Shown here: positions 19,103-28,978 of the stretch, in pieces
How positions within the stretch are numbered: the stretch's first letter is position 1
Layout: the number at the start of each line of letters is the position of its first letter
Assembly: GCA_040752575.1 (NCBI GenBank)
Contig: JBFMGK010000015.1
Location: forward strand, 15,823 to 79,822
Direction of reading: 5' to 3'
From: Candidatus Bipolaricaulota bacterium
GTDB taxonomy: Bacteria > Bipolaricaulota > Bipolaricaulia > UBA7950 > UBA9294
Length of the DNA: 64,000 nt
The notes under the pieces: model-generated
The model's input: the letters and a program-made list of their open reading frames with translations, nothing else
What the model was told of the DNA's origin: nothing
The model's database searches: none
Made by a program: the position numbers and the translations under genes

Positions 19103-20203
19103 CTACTTCAGCCAGCCGTCGGGGATGACGACGGCGAAGACGCAGGCGTCCTTCCCTTCGAGCATCGTCTCGACGAGGCGCACCTCGGGGGCTTCGCCGA
19201 AGACGACGGCCCACTCCTGCGCATACCAGCCGCCCGAGCAATGGCAGAACGTGCGCGAGACGCTCTCGCCTTTGCGCAACGCATCGCGGACGAGCGGGCA
19301 GAAGCACGCCTCGTAGCGCTTCTCCTCGGGCGTCGCCGCCTTCTCGACCTCGTCCGGGCGCGCCGGGCGTCGCCGAATCATAAGGAGCGGCTCGGGCCCT
19401 GACTCGTCGATCCAGTACTGACTGCCGAGCAGCTTCTCCTCGGTGATCTTCGCCACGAGTCTGCGGAGGTCCTTGCCCGTCTCCCGGAACGCCGCCTCGA
19501 CGAGCATGGCGCTCTGGACGATGTAGTGGTGCGCACACGCGTTCATGATGCGGGCCCGATCCGGCTCCGACGGCACTTCGCGGTCGAGACGATCCATCGC
19601 CCCCCGCACCCACGCCGCGGCCCGCTCTCCGTCGAGGGCCTCGACGAGGCCGCAGCTCCCGGCCATGACGCGGTGCGCCGCGTCGCTCCCGACCTCTCGC
19701 GCGACGCCGTCCCGCAGCGCGGCGAGCCACATCGGAAGATGATACGAATACTGGACTTCTGTCAGGTAGAACTCCGCGCGGTCCCCGTGCGTCTCCGCCC
19801 CTTCGTGGTAGAGGAAACGCTCCGGGTCGTCGCCGAGGAGTACGCCCGTCTCGTTCACGAACTCGACGAGCGCCTTGCGCGTATCGATGAGGTTCGTCCC
19901 TTCGGGTCCCCCGACGACCGGCCCGCGGTGCGTGATCGAGAACATCGGAAGCCCGGGAAGGGTCTTCGAGACGAAGCCGTCTCGTTCGATGGCGTCGGAA
20001 ACGGGAAACGCAACCTCGACGTCGACCTTGCCGTCGCGCGGGAAGCCGAGGCGAAGCGCCATCGCCGGGCCGGCAAGGACGTCGGCCACCCGAGGCCGAA
20101 GCTCGCGTAGCGAAGCCAAGATCTCCGCCTGACCCGTCACGTTGAGGTGCGTCGCGAGAACGCGAATCGGCGGAACGTCTTTCACGAGAATCTGCGCGCG
20201 CAT
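19103..20203 (-). CDS. Hypothetical protein with a GyrI-like (AraC effector-binding-type) N-terminal domain and a Cys-rich C-terminus
   Basis: A 366-aa protein whose N-terminal 150 aa resemble GyrI/SbmC-like small-molecule-binding domains. The C-terminus carries CFCPL...FCHCSGGWY...DACVFA. Confidence 0.45.
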   Translation of the reverse strand: MRAQILVKDVPPIRVLATHLNVTGQAEILASLRELRPRVADVLAGPAMALRLGFPRDGKVDVEVAFPVSDAIERDGFVSKTLPGLPMFSITHRGPVVGGPEGTNLIDTRKALVEFVNETGVLLGDDPERFLYHEGAETHGDRAEFYLTEVQYSYHLPMWLAALRDGVAREVGSDAAHRVMAGSCGLVEALDGERAAAWVRGAMDRLDREVPSEPDRARIMNACAHHYIVQSAMLVEAAFRETGKDLRRLVAKITEEKLLGSQYWIDESGPEPLLMIRRRPARPDEVEKAATPEEKRYEACFCPLVRDALRKGESVSRTFCHCSGGWYAQEWAVVFGEAPEVRLVETMLEGKDACVFAVVIPDGWLK

Positions 20204-20305
20204 GGGATCCTCCGCGAGAGGCTCTCTCTGCGCATGCCCCTCGCCGCTTACCCAGTCTAGCGCGCGGCGTCTCGACGGCGTCTCACCGTGCCGGCGGGCG
20301 TCTCC

Positions 20306-20563
20306 CTAGTCGTCGCTCGAAGCGGGCGCGGCGATGGGTTCCTTCTTCTCCGTCGCGCGTTCCTCGCTCGAACCGCTGGTGCGTTTGGCCCGGTCCGTCT
20401 TATAGAAGCCGCTGCCCTTGAACTGGACGGCGACACGCGGCAAGAGACGCTGTGTATCGCGGCTTCCGCACGACGGGCAGACGACGTGGTTCTCGTCTCC
20501 GGGGGACTCGAGAACGCGGAACTTCGCGCCGCATGCTCTGCATTCGTGCCGACGAAGCGCCAT
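20306..20563 (-). CDS. FmdB-family zinc-ribbon protein
   Basis: MALRRHECRACGAKF...VVCPSCGS is the canonical CxxC...CxxC FmdB regulatory zinc ribbon. Confidence 0.7.
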   Translation of the reverse strand: MALRRHECRACGAKFRVLESPGDENHVVCPSCGSRDTQRLLPRVAVQFKGSGFYKTDRAKRTSGSSEERATEKKEPIAAPASSDD

Positions 20564-20695
20564 GAAGTCCTTCCTCAGCCTCGTGAGTCGCGTTAGCACT
20601 CGCGAAAGTTGACTGCTAGATCGTAGCGGGGCCGGCGGTCCCTGTCAAGCCGCGGTGGCACGCAGGCCCATCCGGTTGCACCCTGGATCCCCGCA

Positions 20696-20729
20696 GGGCC
20701 GGGACGGGTACGGGTTCCCGTCCCGGCCC
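20696..20729 (-). terminator. GC-rich 13-bp perfect hairpin immediately 3' of the hppA stop (possible intrinsic terminator without a U-tract)
   Basis: Direct read: GGGCCGGGACGGG-tacgggtt-CCCGTCCCGGCCC, 10 nt downstream of the hppA stop codon on the minus strand. Confidence 0.3.
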
Positions 20730-20738
20730 CCGCGAGAA

Positions 20739-22946
20739 CTATCCCATGAAGATCGGGTACAAGGGGAAGAGAGAGGCGAACACGAGTGCGATCACCGACA
20801 TCAGTTTGATCAGGATGTCGAGTGAAGGCCCGACCGTGTCCTTCAGCGGATCCCCGACGGTGTCGCCAGTGACCGCCGCGGCATGGGCCTCGGAGTCCTT
20901 GCCGCCATGGTGTCCTTCCTCGATGTACTTCTTCGCGTTGTCCATCGCTCCGCCGGAGTTGCCGCAGAAGATGGCGAGCTGGATGGCCGAGAGCAGGGCG
21001 CCGAACAGAAGCCCGCCCAGCATGTAGCGGCCGAAGATCACGCCGAACAGAATCGGCGTGATCACGGCGATCGCCGCAGGGAGGATCATCTTCCGCAGTC
21101 CTCCGTGCGCCGTGATGCTGATGCACCGCTTGTAGTCGGCCATGGCTTCGCCGCTCATGAGTTTCGGGTTCTCTTTGAACTGCCGTCGGATCTCCTGCAC
21201 GAGGACGTCGGCCGTGCGGCTGACGCCCCGAATCAACAGCGCGGAGAACACGTACGGCAGCATGGCCCCGATCAGCAGACCGGCAACCACGTACGCTCCC
21301 ACGAGGATCGGCTGCCCGGTCGGCGAGTACTGCGCCCCGATTTCCCCGACGATCGGAAGCTGCGGGCGGACGACCATGTCCGCGCTGCCGATCGCCGACC
21401 ACATGAACGCGGCGATGAGTCCGAGTGCGGCAAAGGCCGCCGAACCGATGGCGAAGCCCTTCCCGATGGCGGCCGTCGTGTTCCCGATGGAATCCAGCGT
21501 ATCGGTTCGAGATCGAATCTCGGACGGCAGCTTGGCCATCGTCGCAATGCCTCCGGCGTTGTCGGCAATCGGTCCATACGAGTCGACCGACACCGTCATC
21601 GCGACGAAGGAGAGCATGCCCATCGCCGTGAACGCGACGCCGAGAAGGCCGCCGAGCTGGTACGCACCGACGGTCGCGGCGGCGAGGACCAACACGGGGA
21701 ACAGCGTGCTCAGCATCCCGACGGCGAGCCCCTCTGTCACGCCGACGGCCGCGCCGGACTGGTTCATCTTCGCCAGTTCCTTCGTCGGCCGGTAGTGCGA
21801 CGAGGTGTAGTACTCGGAGAGGAAACCGATGGCAACGCCGGCCCCGAGGCCGAGGATGACCTCGTAAAACACGTTCATCCCGACCGGGGTGAACCAGCAG
21901 AAGACGAACGTCGTCGCGGCAGTGAGGAGCGCCGCGAGCCTTGTGCCGCTCATGAGGATGCTTTGCATCTTTTCCTGCCGCCGCGAGAACCGGATGTAGA
22001 GAATCGCGAGCAGGCTCGCGAACGTGCCGCCGGCCACGATCACGAGCGGCGCTGCGAGAATCCACCAGAACGTATCCGGCGTCAGCCCGGCGCGAGGCGC
22101 GATGGCGTGGATGATGTCCTGAATGCTCTCGTTCGCCCGCCCGACGTAGACGTACAGGAACATGACGATGACCGAGATCACCGCGCCGACGAACGACTCC
22201 AGGAGGTCGGCGCCCAGGCCGCCCACGTCGCCGACGTTGTCCCCCACGTTGTCGGCGATCGTCGCCGGATTCCGTGGATCGTCTTCGGGGAGGTGCATCT
22301 CGACCTTGCCGACCATGTCGGCGGCCATGTCGGCGGCCTTCGTGTAGATCCCGCCACCGACGCGGTCAAACAGCGCCACCAGCGAAGCACCCATCGAGTA
22401 GGCGCTCACGATGAGCGCGCCTCGAATGAAGTTCACGCCAAGGGTCGAAACGCCGAACAGATAACGAGTTTCGATCACCAGATTGTCGGGCATGAACCAG
22501 CGACGGAAGATCACAATCACGATCACAAGCCCGAAGATCGCGAGGCCCGCCACCGAGAGCCCCATAACGCTGCCGCCGGAGAACGCGACGTTCAGCGCGC
22601 TCTTGAACGACTTCGTCGCCGCCTGCGTCGTGCGGGCGTTCGCGTGGGTCGCGGCGTTCATGCCGATGAACCCGGCGGCCATCGACAGGAGCGCTCCGAT
22701 CCAGAAGGCCACGGCGATCTCCCAGTAGAACAGGATCCACAACACAACGCCGATGACGGCAAGGGTCGCGAGCATGACCTTCGCCTCGGCGATCATGAAC
22801 GTGAAGGCCCCCGAACGGATGTAGCCCTGCAGTTCCTTCATCCGCTCGTTGCCCTGCGCTTTGCGCACGACCGAGCGGTTGAACAGGAACGCGCTCACGA
22901 GCGCAAGCACCGACACGGCGGCCGGGATAACGATGAGTAGACTCAT
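20739..22946 (-). CDS. hppA: Membrane-bound proton/sodium-translocating pyrophosphatase
   Basis: A 735-aa polytopic membrane protein with hallmark H+-PPase motifs: GGIYTKAADMAADMVGKVE, DNVGDNVGDV and the C-terminal GDTVGDPLKDTVGPSLDILIKLMSVIALV. Confidence 0.95.
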   Translation of the reverse strand: MSLLIVIPAAVSVLALVSAFLFNRSVVRKAQGNERMKELQGYIRSGAFTFMIAEAKVMLATLAVIGVVLWILFYWEIAVAFWIGALLSMAAGFIGMNAATHANARTTQAATKSFKSALNVAFSGGSVMGLSVAGLAIFGLVIVIVIFRRWFMPDNLVIETRYLFGVSTLGVNFIRGALIVSAYSMGASLVALFDRVGGGIYTKAADMAADMVGKVEMHLPEDDPRNPATIADNVGDNVGDVGGLGADLLESFVGAVISVIVMFLYVYVGRANESIQDIIHAIAPRAGLTPDTFWWILAAPLVIVAGGTFASLLAILYIRFSRRQEKMQSILMSGTRLAALLTAATTFVFCWFTPVGMNVFYEVILGLGAGVAIGFLSEYYTSSHYRPTKELAKMNQSGAAVGVTEGLAVGMLSTLFPVLVLAAATVGAYQLGGLLGVAFTAMGMLSFVAMTVSVDSYGPIADNAGGIATMAKLPSEIRSRTDTLDSIGNTTAAIGKGFAIGSAAFAALGLIAAFMWSAIGSADMVVRPQLPIVGEIGAQYSPTGQPILVGAYVVAGLLIGAMLPYVFSALLIRGVSRTADVLVQEIRRQFKENPKLMSGEAMADYKRCISITAHGGLRKMILPAAIAVITPILFGVIFGRYMLGGLLFGALLSAIQLAIFCGNSGGAMDNAKKYIEEGHHGGKDSEAHAAAVTGDTVGDPLKDTVGPSLDILIKLMSVIALVFASLFPLYPIFMG

Positions 22947-23207
22947 TGCTGTAGACGCTCCCCTCCTTCGACGGCCCGCCGTCGCATGGATTCCGCGACC
23001 TCGAACGACCGCGGCGCGAGCCGACGGCTGGCCGGCGGGATTCTACTGCGGCCCCTTGGACCCCGCAACGCTAGATGCCGCCTCGGATGTCGCCCGCTCC
23101 TTTGTGCGTCCGTACGAAGGCGTCCCGCTGGTTGCCGGGCGCGCAAGCGGCGCGTATCGTTGAAGGTCAGGGGCTGCGCCGGCGCGGCGCCCGGAAGGAG
23201 GGCGTCG

Positions 23208-24497
23208 ATGCGTTGGGTTCGGGCCTGGGATCCCGAGCGTTGGGCACCGACGTTCTTCCTTCTTTGGGGAGGGCAGGCGACATCCCTGCTGGGCAGCCAT
23301 CTCGTTCAGTTTGCGCTGGTGTGGTGGCTCACGAAGACCACCGGCTCGGCTACGGTATTGGCCGGCGCCACCCTCGTCGCGCTCTTGCCGCAGATCGTCA
23401 TCTCGCCGATCGCCGGGACGCTTGTCGATCGTTGGAATCGCCGCTGGGTCATGATCTTCGCCGACGCAGCGGTTGCGCTCGCGACGCTCGCCCTGGCGAT
23501 CCTGTTCGCGCTGGACAAGGCCGGTCTCCCTCAGATCTACATCGCGATGTTCGTCCGCTCCATGGGCGGGGCATTCCACTGGCCCGCCATGCAGGCCTCC
23601 ACGGGGATGATGGTTCCGAACCGCCACCTTGCGCGCGTCGGTGGGTTGAACCAGAGCCTGTTCGGAATCGCATCGATCGTCTCTCCCCCGCTCGGCGCGC
23701 TCTTGCTGGAGATCCTGCCGATGCACGGCGTTCTCGCGATCGACGTCGCCACGGCAGCTACGGCCATCACCCCGCTCTTGTTCATCCGGATTCCGCTCCC
23801 CGCACGCATTGAACACAAGGAGAAGCGAACGTCGGTCGTGGACGACTTGTGGACGGGGTTTCGGTTCGTCGCACGGTGGCGCGCGCTGTTCGCGATTATC
23901 GTCGCGGCCGCGCTGATCAACTTGTTCACGAACCCGGCCATCTCCCTCATGCCGCTCCTTGTGACGCGGCACTTCCGGGGAGGTGCGCTCGAACTCGCCG
24001 GCCTGCAGTCGGCGTTCGGTTTCGGGATGGTCGCCGGCGGACTGCTCCTCGGCCTGTGGGGCGGGTTTAAGCGGCGGATGCTCACCGCGATGGCCTCGCT
24101 CGCGATTCAAGGCGTCGGCTTCGGCGCGCTCGGTCTTGTGCCGCCCAGTGGCTTGGCGATCGCGATCGGCGCGATGGCCGTCGTCGGCGTCATGAATCCC
24201 ATCTGCAATGGTGCGCTCTTCGCGATCGTGCAGTCGGCGGTCCCCCACGAGATGCAAGGACGTGTGATGTCTCTTCTCATCAGCGGTGCGACGGCCGCCG
24301 CACCGCTCGGGCTCGCGGTGGCCGGTCCGGTGACCGACCGGGCGTCGATCGGACTCTGGTTCCTTGTCGCTGGCGCGGTCATGGTCGGCGTCTCGGCCGT
24401 CGTCTTGGTGACGCCCGCACTGCTGCGCGTCGAGGATCGAGGCGTCCCCGACGCGCTGCGCCTGCGCGGGCCCGGGGGAGACGCTCCGACGACCTAG
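23208..24497 (+). CDS. MFS transporter
   Basis: About 12 transmembrane helices and the MFS motif DRWNRRWVM. The upstream RBS is GGAAGGAGGG. Confidence 0.75.
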   Translation: MRWVRAWDPERWAPTFFLLWGGQATSLLGSHLVQFALVWWLTKTTGSATVLAGATLVALLPQIVISPIAGTLVDRWNRRWVMIFADAAVALATLALAILFALDKAGLPQIYIAMFVRSMGGAFHWPAMQASTGMMVPNRHLARVGGLNQSLFGIASIVSPPLGALLLEILPMHGVLAIDVATAATAITPLLFIRIPLPARIEHKEKRTSVVDDLWTGFRFVARWRALFAIIVAAALINLFTNPAISLMPLLVTRHFRGGALELAGLQSAFGFGMVAGGLLLGLWGGFKRRMLTAMASLAIQGVGFGALGLVPPSGLAIAIGAMAVVGVMNPICNGALFAIVQSAVPHEMQGRVMSLLISGATAAAPLGLAVAGPVTDRASIGLWFLVAGAVMVGVSAVVLVTPALLRVEDRGVPDALRLRGPGGDAPTT

Positions 24498-24555
24498 CCA
24501 ACTGGAAGTCCCGCCCGGCGCAGGCTAACCTCGACAGGCCGGAGGAAACGATCGG

Positions 24556-25752
24556 TTGAAGCGGATCTTCGCCAGCCTCTTTTTCGCGACCGCGACGGCG
24601 CAGATCGGACTGGGCATCATCTCGCCGATCTTGCCGCTGTACGCAAGGACTTTCGCCGCGAGCGGATTCCAGATCGGCCTTGTCTTCGCCGCGTTCTCGG
24701 TCTCGCGCGCCGTCCTAGGGCCCGTTGTCGGTCGCTTGTCGGACCGCATCGGCCGCAAGCCGATCATCGTCGCCGGGCTGGCCCTCTACGCCATCGTCTC
24801 CGCCCTGTATGCGTTTTCGACCGCCCTCTGGCAATTGGGGATCTTCCGTCTTGTGCAGGGCATCGCATCGGTGATGGTAACGCCGATCGCCCAAGCCTAC
24901 GTGGGGGATCTCACGCGAACCGGGGCGGAGGGGCGCACGCTCAACGCCTTCTATGCCTCGCAGTTCGTGGGCATGGCGCTCGGCCCCATCCTCGGCGGCG
25001 GGATCGGCGCGGCGTGGTCGTACGACGCCGCCTTCTTCGTCATGGGCGGGCTGACGGTGCTGTCGCTCCTCCTCGTCCAGCTCACCGTCCCCACGGACGA
25101 GACCGCGAAAAACCGCGGCAAGCCGAGAGAGCGCAAGATCCTTCCGATCCGTAACGTCCTCGCCAGCGACGCCGTCAAGGCGATGTTCGCGTACTTCGCG
25201 ACGCGCGGCTTCTGGCGCCAGGCGTTTAGCACGTTCTACCCGCTCTATGCCGTGGCCGCCTTGGCCGCGAGCGAGGCGGACATCGGCATCGTCCTTTCCG
25301 CCTACATGTTCGCCGAAGGCCTATTGCAGATTCCGTTCGGGTACCTCGCCGATCGGTACCCGCGCGTTCGCCAGATCGTGGTGGGCAGCGTGTTCGCGCC
25401 GCTCGTCCTGCTCGCGGTGCCGCTCGTCTCGTCGACGTGGGCTGCGGCCTTGCTGACAGTGGCCATGGGGGCGTTTTCCGCGTTGGGACGTGCGTCGCTC
25501 GTCGCGATACGCACCGAGCTGGGGAGGACGCATGGGATGGCCACCCTCGCCGGCGTCCAGGGCAGCGCGTTCGCCGTCGGGCAGATGCTCGGCCCGCTCG
25601 TCAGCGGGGCCGTCGTCGACGCCGTAGGTGTGAGCTATGTCTTCCCTTTCGGCAGCCTCGTCGGCTGCATCGGAACGGTCCTTGTCGTCGTGTGGATTCG
25701 CCGCTGGATCCGGCGGGACGTTCGCGCGGCGGCGATGACGAAGAGCGCGTAA
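24556..25752 (+). CDS. MFS transporter (TTG start)
   Basis: About 12 transmembrane helices and the MFS signature GRLSDRIGRKP. GGAGGAAACGATCGG-TTG. Confidence 0.75.
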   Translation: MKRIFASLFFATATAQIGLGIISPILPLYARTFAASGFQIGLVFAAFSVSRAVLGPVVGRLSDRIGRKPIIVAGLALYAIVSALYAFSTALWQLGIFRLVQGIASVMVTPIAQAYVGDLTRTGAEGRTLNAFYASQFVGMALGPILGGGIGAAWSYDAAFFVMGGLTVLSLLLVQLTVPTDETAKNRGKPRERKILPIRNVLASDAVKAMFAYFATRGFWRQAFSTFYPLYAVAALAASEADIGIVLSAYMFAEGLLQIPFGYLADRYPRVRQIVVGSVFAPLVLLAVPLVSSTWAAALLTVAMGAFSALGRASLVAIRTELGRTHGMATLAGVQGSAFAVGQMLGPLVSGAVVDAVGVSYVFPFGSLVGCIGTVLVVVWIRRWIRRDVRAAAMTKSA

Positions 25753-25792
25753 GGGCGGGCGGCGCGTACCCGCCCGCCCTCGAGGAGCCAAG

Positions 25793-26467
25793 TTACGGCG
25801 CCACTCCCTCCGCTTCGCGCAGACGGCGGAGAATCAGGCCATCAAGACGGAACGACAGCACCTCGAGACGCTCCACCAAGAGGGAGAGACGAGGCGCCTG
25901 GGGCTCGGCGGCCTCGGCGCGGCGCGCCATGCGAAGGAGCGCGTCGGTAAGGGACCGCGTCATCTCGCGAGCCGCGCGCTCGAACTGCGCTGCATCCCGC
26001 GGCGACATCCCCGCGGTGGCCGCAGCGACGTAGCCGCTCACCCAGGCGCGCAGAGACGCGAGCGCATCAGCGGCCTCGGCCCGCTTCGCAGCCTCGGACG
26101 CCGATGCAGCGTCACGCGCGGGTTGCGCTACTTCCTCGAGGACGAAGAGGAGCCGATGCAGAACGAGCGACAGCTCCATCACCTCTCCCGGGCTCACCGG
26201 CTGTTCTTCGTCCGCTGACTCGAGTCGTTCGACAAGTCCCTCCAGCGCTTCGATCGCCTCGCCAAGCCGAGCTTCCAGGCGTTCGGCGGCCGGGCGGTCC
26301 AGCCCGGCGAGACTCTGTTCGAGGCGGGACAAGAGCTCCGTAAGTCCCTCGATCGTCTCAACGGCCGGCCTTTCCTCAGGCGATTCGTCGGCGGCCACCG
26401 CCGCACCCGTTAAGCCAAGGAGCGCGACGACGAGCAACGTGGAAACCATGAACAACGTGCGATGCAT
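25793..26467 (-). CDS. Secreted alpha-helical (coiled-coil-like) hypothetical protein
   Basis: A signal peptide (MHRTLFMVSTLLVVALLGLTGAAVAA) is followed by A/E/L/R-rich heptad-like sequence. Confidence 0.5.
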   Translation of the reverse strand: MHRTLFMVSTLLVVALLGLTGAAVAADESPEERPAVETIEGLTELLSRLEQSLAGLDRPAAERLEARLGEAIEALEGLVERLESADEEQPVSPGEVMELSLVLHRLLFVLEEVAQPARDAASASEAAKRAEAADALASLRAWVSGYVAAATAGMSPRDAAQFERAAREMTRSLTDALLRMARRAEAAEPQAPRLSLLVERLEVLSFRLDGLILRRLREAEGVAP

Positions 26468-26572
26468 CTCTCCTCCTCGCGCGGGGGACATCCCCGACCG
26501 CGCTGACCCGCACCGTAGGGGCTCGCTCGGTCGGGTGGACATCGAGACGCGGTCAACGCGAGATCAACAACG

Positions 26573-27511
26573 TTGACGGGGCTTGCCGCGCTCCCCACCG
26601 GCATCTACTCTGTCGCCGTGCGCGCCCACCGACTGCTGCAGCGGACAGACCGTCTACTGATCGCCGCGGGGATCCTCGTCGTTCTTACGGGGCTCGCCGT
26701 CGGAGCGATCCTGCCCGGGTACGTCGGCCTGCATCACGACGCATTCCGCGACCGTTCGTTGGCCTACGTTCAGGCCTTCGCTGCGACCGCCGAGCCTTGG
26801 CTCGATCGCGGTGCGGTCGACGTCGTCGAAACGTTGAGCCAGGTCTTTGTCTCCGGAAGCGTCGTCTCACTCGAGGTCGTGCACGGCGATCGATCGATCG
26901 TCAGCGCCGGCGACCCGCTGCCGGCCGAGCCTGCGACCTCCTTTGGGCACGCCGATCGACGAACCGCATCCGGACGCCGCGTCGTCGACGTGAGCGCGCC
27001 CCTCCCTTCCCTGGACGGACACGTCCGCGCAGCGATCGACGTCTCGTCGGTCACCGCATCGACGCGTCGCGCCATCGTTCTGGGCGTAGGGGGGGCCGTT
27101 CTGTTCGACGCCACGGTTCTCGGGTTGGTCGCATGGGCGTTGCGCGGCGCGCGACAGCGCCCCGCGGCCCCCGTGGAAGCCGCCCGCTCCCCCTCGGAGG
27201 CCCCGGCCCTTCGGCTCGGCGAGCTTGCGATCATCCCATCGAGGCGCGAGGCGTCGTTCGCCGGCCGGCCGCTGCGGCTGACGCCGAAGGAGTACGCGTT
27301 GCTGACCCTGCTTGCCGCCGAGCCCGGTCGCGTGTTCGCCGAGCAGGAGATCCTCGCGGCCGTCTGGCCCGACTCCCCCTATGCCGACGCCCGGGACATC
27401 AAGCAGTACATCTACTTGCTGCGGCGGAAGCTCAGCAAGGCGGACCCGCGCGGCCGAGACGTGATCGTCAACGTTCCCGGCTTCGGGTATCGCTTGGAAG
27501 ACGCCCATTGA
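26573..27511 (+). CDS. Membrane-anchored transcriptional regulator with a C-terminal OmpR/PhoB-type winged-helix DNA-binding domain and no receiver domain
   Basis: An N-terminal transmembrane segment (LLIAAGILVVLTGLAVGAIL) and a second hydrophobic segment (AIVLGVGGAVLFDATVLGLVAWAL). The C-terminal trans_reg_C signature is LRLTPKEYALLTLLAAEPGRVF...LLRRKL...GFGYRL. Confidence 0.65.
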   Translation: MTGLAALPTGIYSVAVRAHRLLQRTDRLLIAAGILVVLTGLAVGAILPGYVGLHHDAFRDRSLAYVQAFAATAEPWLDRGAVDVVETLSQVFVSGSVVSLEVVHGDRSIVSAGDPLPAEPATSFGHADRRTASGRRVVDVSAPLPSLDGHVRAAIDVSSVTASTRRAIVLGVGGAVLFDATVLGLVAWALRGARQRPAAPVEAARSPSEAPALRLGELAIIPSRREASFAGRPLRLTPKEYALLTLLAAEPGRVFAEQEILAAVWPDSPYADARDIKQYIYLLRRKLSKADPRGRDVIVNVPGFGYRLEDAH

Positions 27512-27592
27512 CCGGCCGTTGACCGGCCTTCGATGGACCGCGTGAGCGGCGCGGGGAGACTGGAAGGCGTGCAAGGGCACGAAGGAGGTGCC

Positions 27593-28129
27593 ATGAAGAG
27601 GATGATCGTCCTGTGCGCCCTGGTCGCCGTAGCGCTCGCCGTTCCCGCGAACGCCGACGAGACCGGTGCGCCAGAGACTCTCTCGGTGGAGGGCCGCCTC
27701 GAGGCGTTCGCCGTGAGGCTTCGCCTCGGGCTTTCGGTCGCCGCCGTGGCCGTCTACTCGCCGACGGTCTCGGACGCGCACAGTCAGGCCCACCGGCTCT
27801 CGACGCTGCTGCGCGGCGATGATCGGGAGGAGATCCCCGGGCTGCTCACCGAGTCGGAGAGGCTACCCGAGTGGGTCGCCTCGCGGCCGTTTGGGGCCGA
27901 CGCGTACCGACCGCTCCTCGCCGCGGCAGCCAACGTTCACACGTACCTGCGCCTCGCGGGCGACGCCGCGGCCGAGGCGATACGACAACGAACCCTTCTT
28001 GGCGCGACGAGGAGTCTCTACGAGGTGTACGCCTACCTCGTCGCGGCGTGGGCCAAGCCGGTCGATGGCGTCGTCGTCCCCGGACTGGAAGCCCTGCTTC
28101 GCGCGTTCGATCTCCCGATCTCCCCGTGA
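27593..28129 (+). CDS. Secreted hypothetical protein
   Basis: RBS GAAGGAGGTG; signal peptide MKRMIVLCALVAVALAVPANA. It is co-oriented with, and 80 nt downstream of, the membrane-anchored regulator. Confidence 0.5.
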   Translation: MKRMIVLCALVAVALAVPANADETGAPETLSVEGRLEAFAVRLRLGLSVAAVAVYSPTVSDAHSQAHRLSTLLRGDDREEIPGLLTESERLPEWVASRPFGADAYRPLLAAAANVHTYLRLAGDAAAEAIRQRTLLGATRSLYEVYAYLVAAWAKPVDGVVVPGLEALLRAFDLPISP

Positions 28130-28138
28130 CCCAAGCGG

Positions 28139-28978
28139 CTAGAACCCGTAGGCCGCGGGGTCGAAAGCGTCCAGGTTCTGCGGATCGAACGTCTCGGCGG
28201 ACAGACTCGCGTCCGGGCGACGCAGGCCCGAGAGCCAAAGCGTCGAGACATCTCCCGACCCGAGGTCGCGGCCGACCATCTCCTCGGGAACTCGCCGTCC
28301 CTCGAACTCGCCGAGACGCTCGACGGAGATCTGCTTCGCAAGCGCTCCGGTTTCGGCGTAACCCTCCAGGCGCAGGAACAAGTCTGCTTCTTGGTCGACC
28401 CAGAGCAGAATGCGGGCGAACTCCGCATCCGGTCCGCCGCGCGGCGTGAGTTCCAGGACCCAGACCTCGCGAGATTCCTCGCCCACTACGAGGGTCTCCT
28501 CGCGCAGCACGGAGGCAGTGTAGTCGTCCTGCAGGTCCCCGGCCCCGGCGATGTCTTCGTACGTCAGCGTGCTGCCGGCGAAGCTTCCTGACTGGTCCTC
28601 CTCCGAGATCAGTTCCTTGGTCAGGCCGAACGAGGAGATGTAGAGCCACATCCTGGTCGCTGTCGCGTCGTTCTCCGGCGTCTCGAGAAGGAAGATCAGC
28701 CCCTCGTCGTCGCCGCCGAGGAAGTACATCAGCGCGTGACTCGTCCCGGCGTCGTCGCTCTGTGCGGCGACAGCCATCCGGACGTCCGTGGTGACGCCCG
28801 TCGCGTAGACGTTCGCGACGTCGAGGGATAAGAGAATCCCCTCGCGGCTCTCCGCGCCGCCGATACTGAAGGCGTCCTGCATTCGATCGAGGATCTCGTC
28901 GCCAGTCTGCGCGAGGCCGGAAGCGGCCGCCGCGAACAGGAAGAGCGCCGTCAAGATCCCCAGTGTCGTAGATTTCAT
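28139..28978 (-). CDS. LolA-like outer-membrane lipoprotein-sorting-type protein
   Basis: Signal peptide MKSTTLGILTALFLFAAAASGLA. Its start overlaps the MMPL stop by 4 nt. The LolA-like fold family commonly pairs with MMPL/RND exporters. Confidence 0.55.
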   Translation of the reverse strand: MKSTTLGILTALFLFAAAASGLAQTGDEILDRMQDAFSIGGAESREGILLSLDVANVYATGVTTDVRMAVAAQSDDAGTSHALMYFLGGDDEGLIFLLETPENDATATRMWLYISSFGLTKELISEEDQSGSFAGSTLTYEDIAGAGDLQDDYTASVLREETLVVGEESREVWVLELTPRGGPDAEFARILLWVDQEADLFLRLEGYAETGALAKQISVERLGEFEGRRVPEEMVGRDLGSGDVSTLWLSGLRRPDASLSAETFDPQNLDAFDPAAYGF

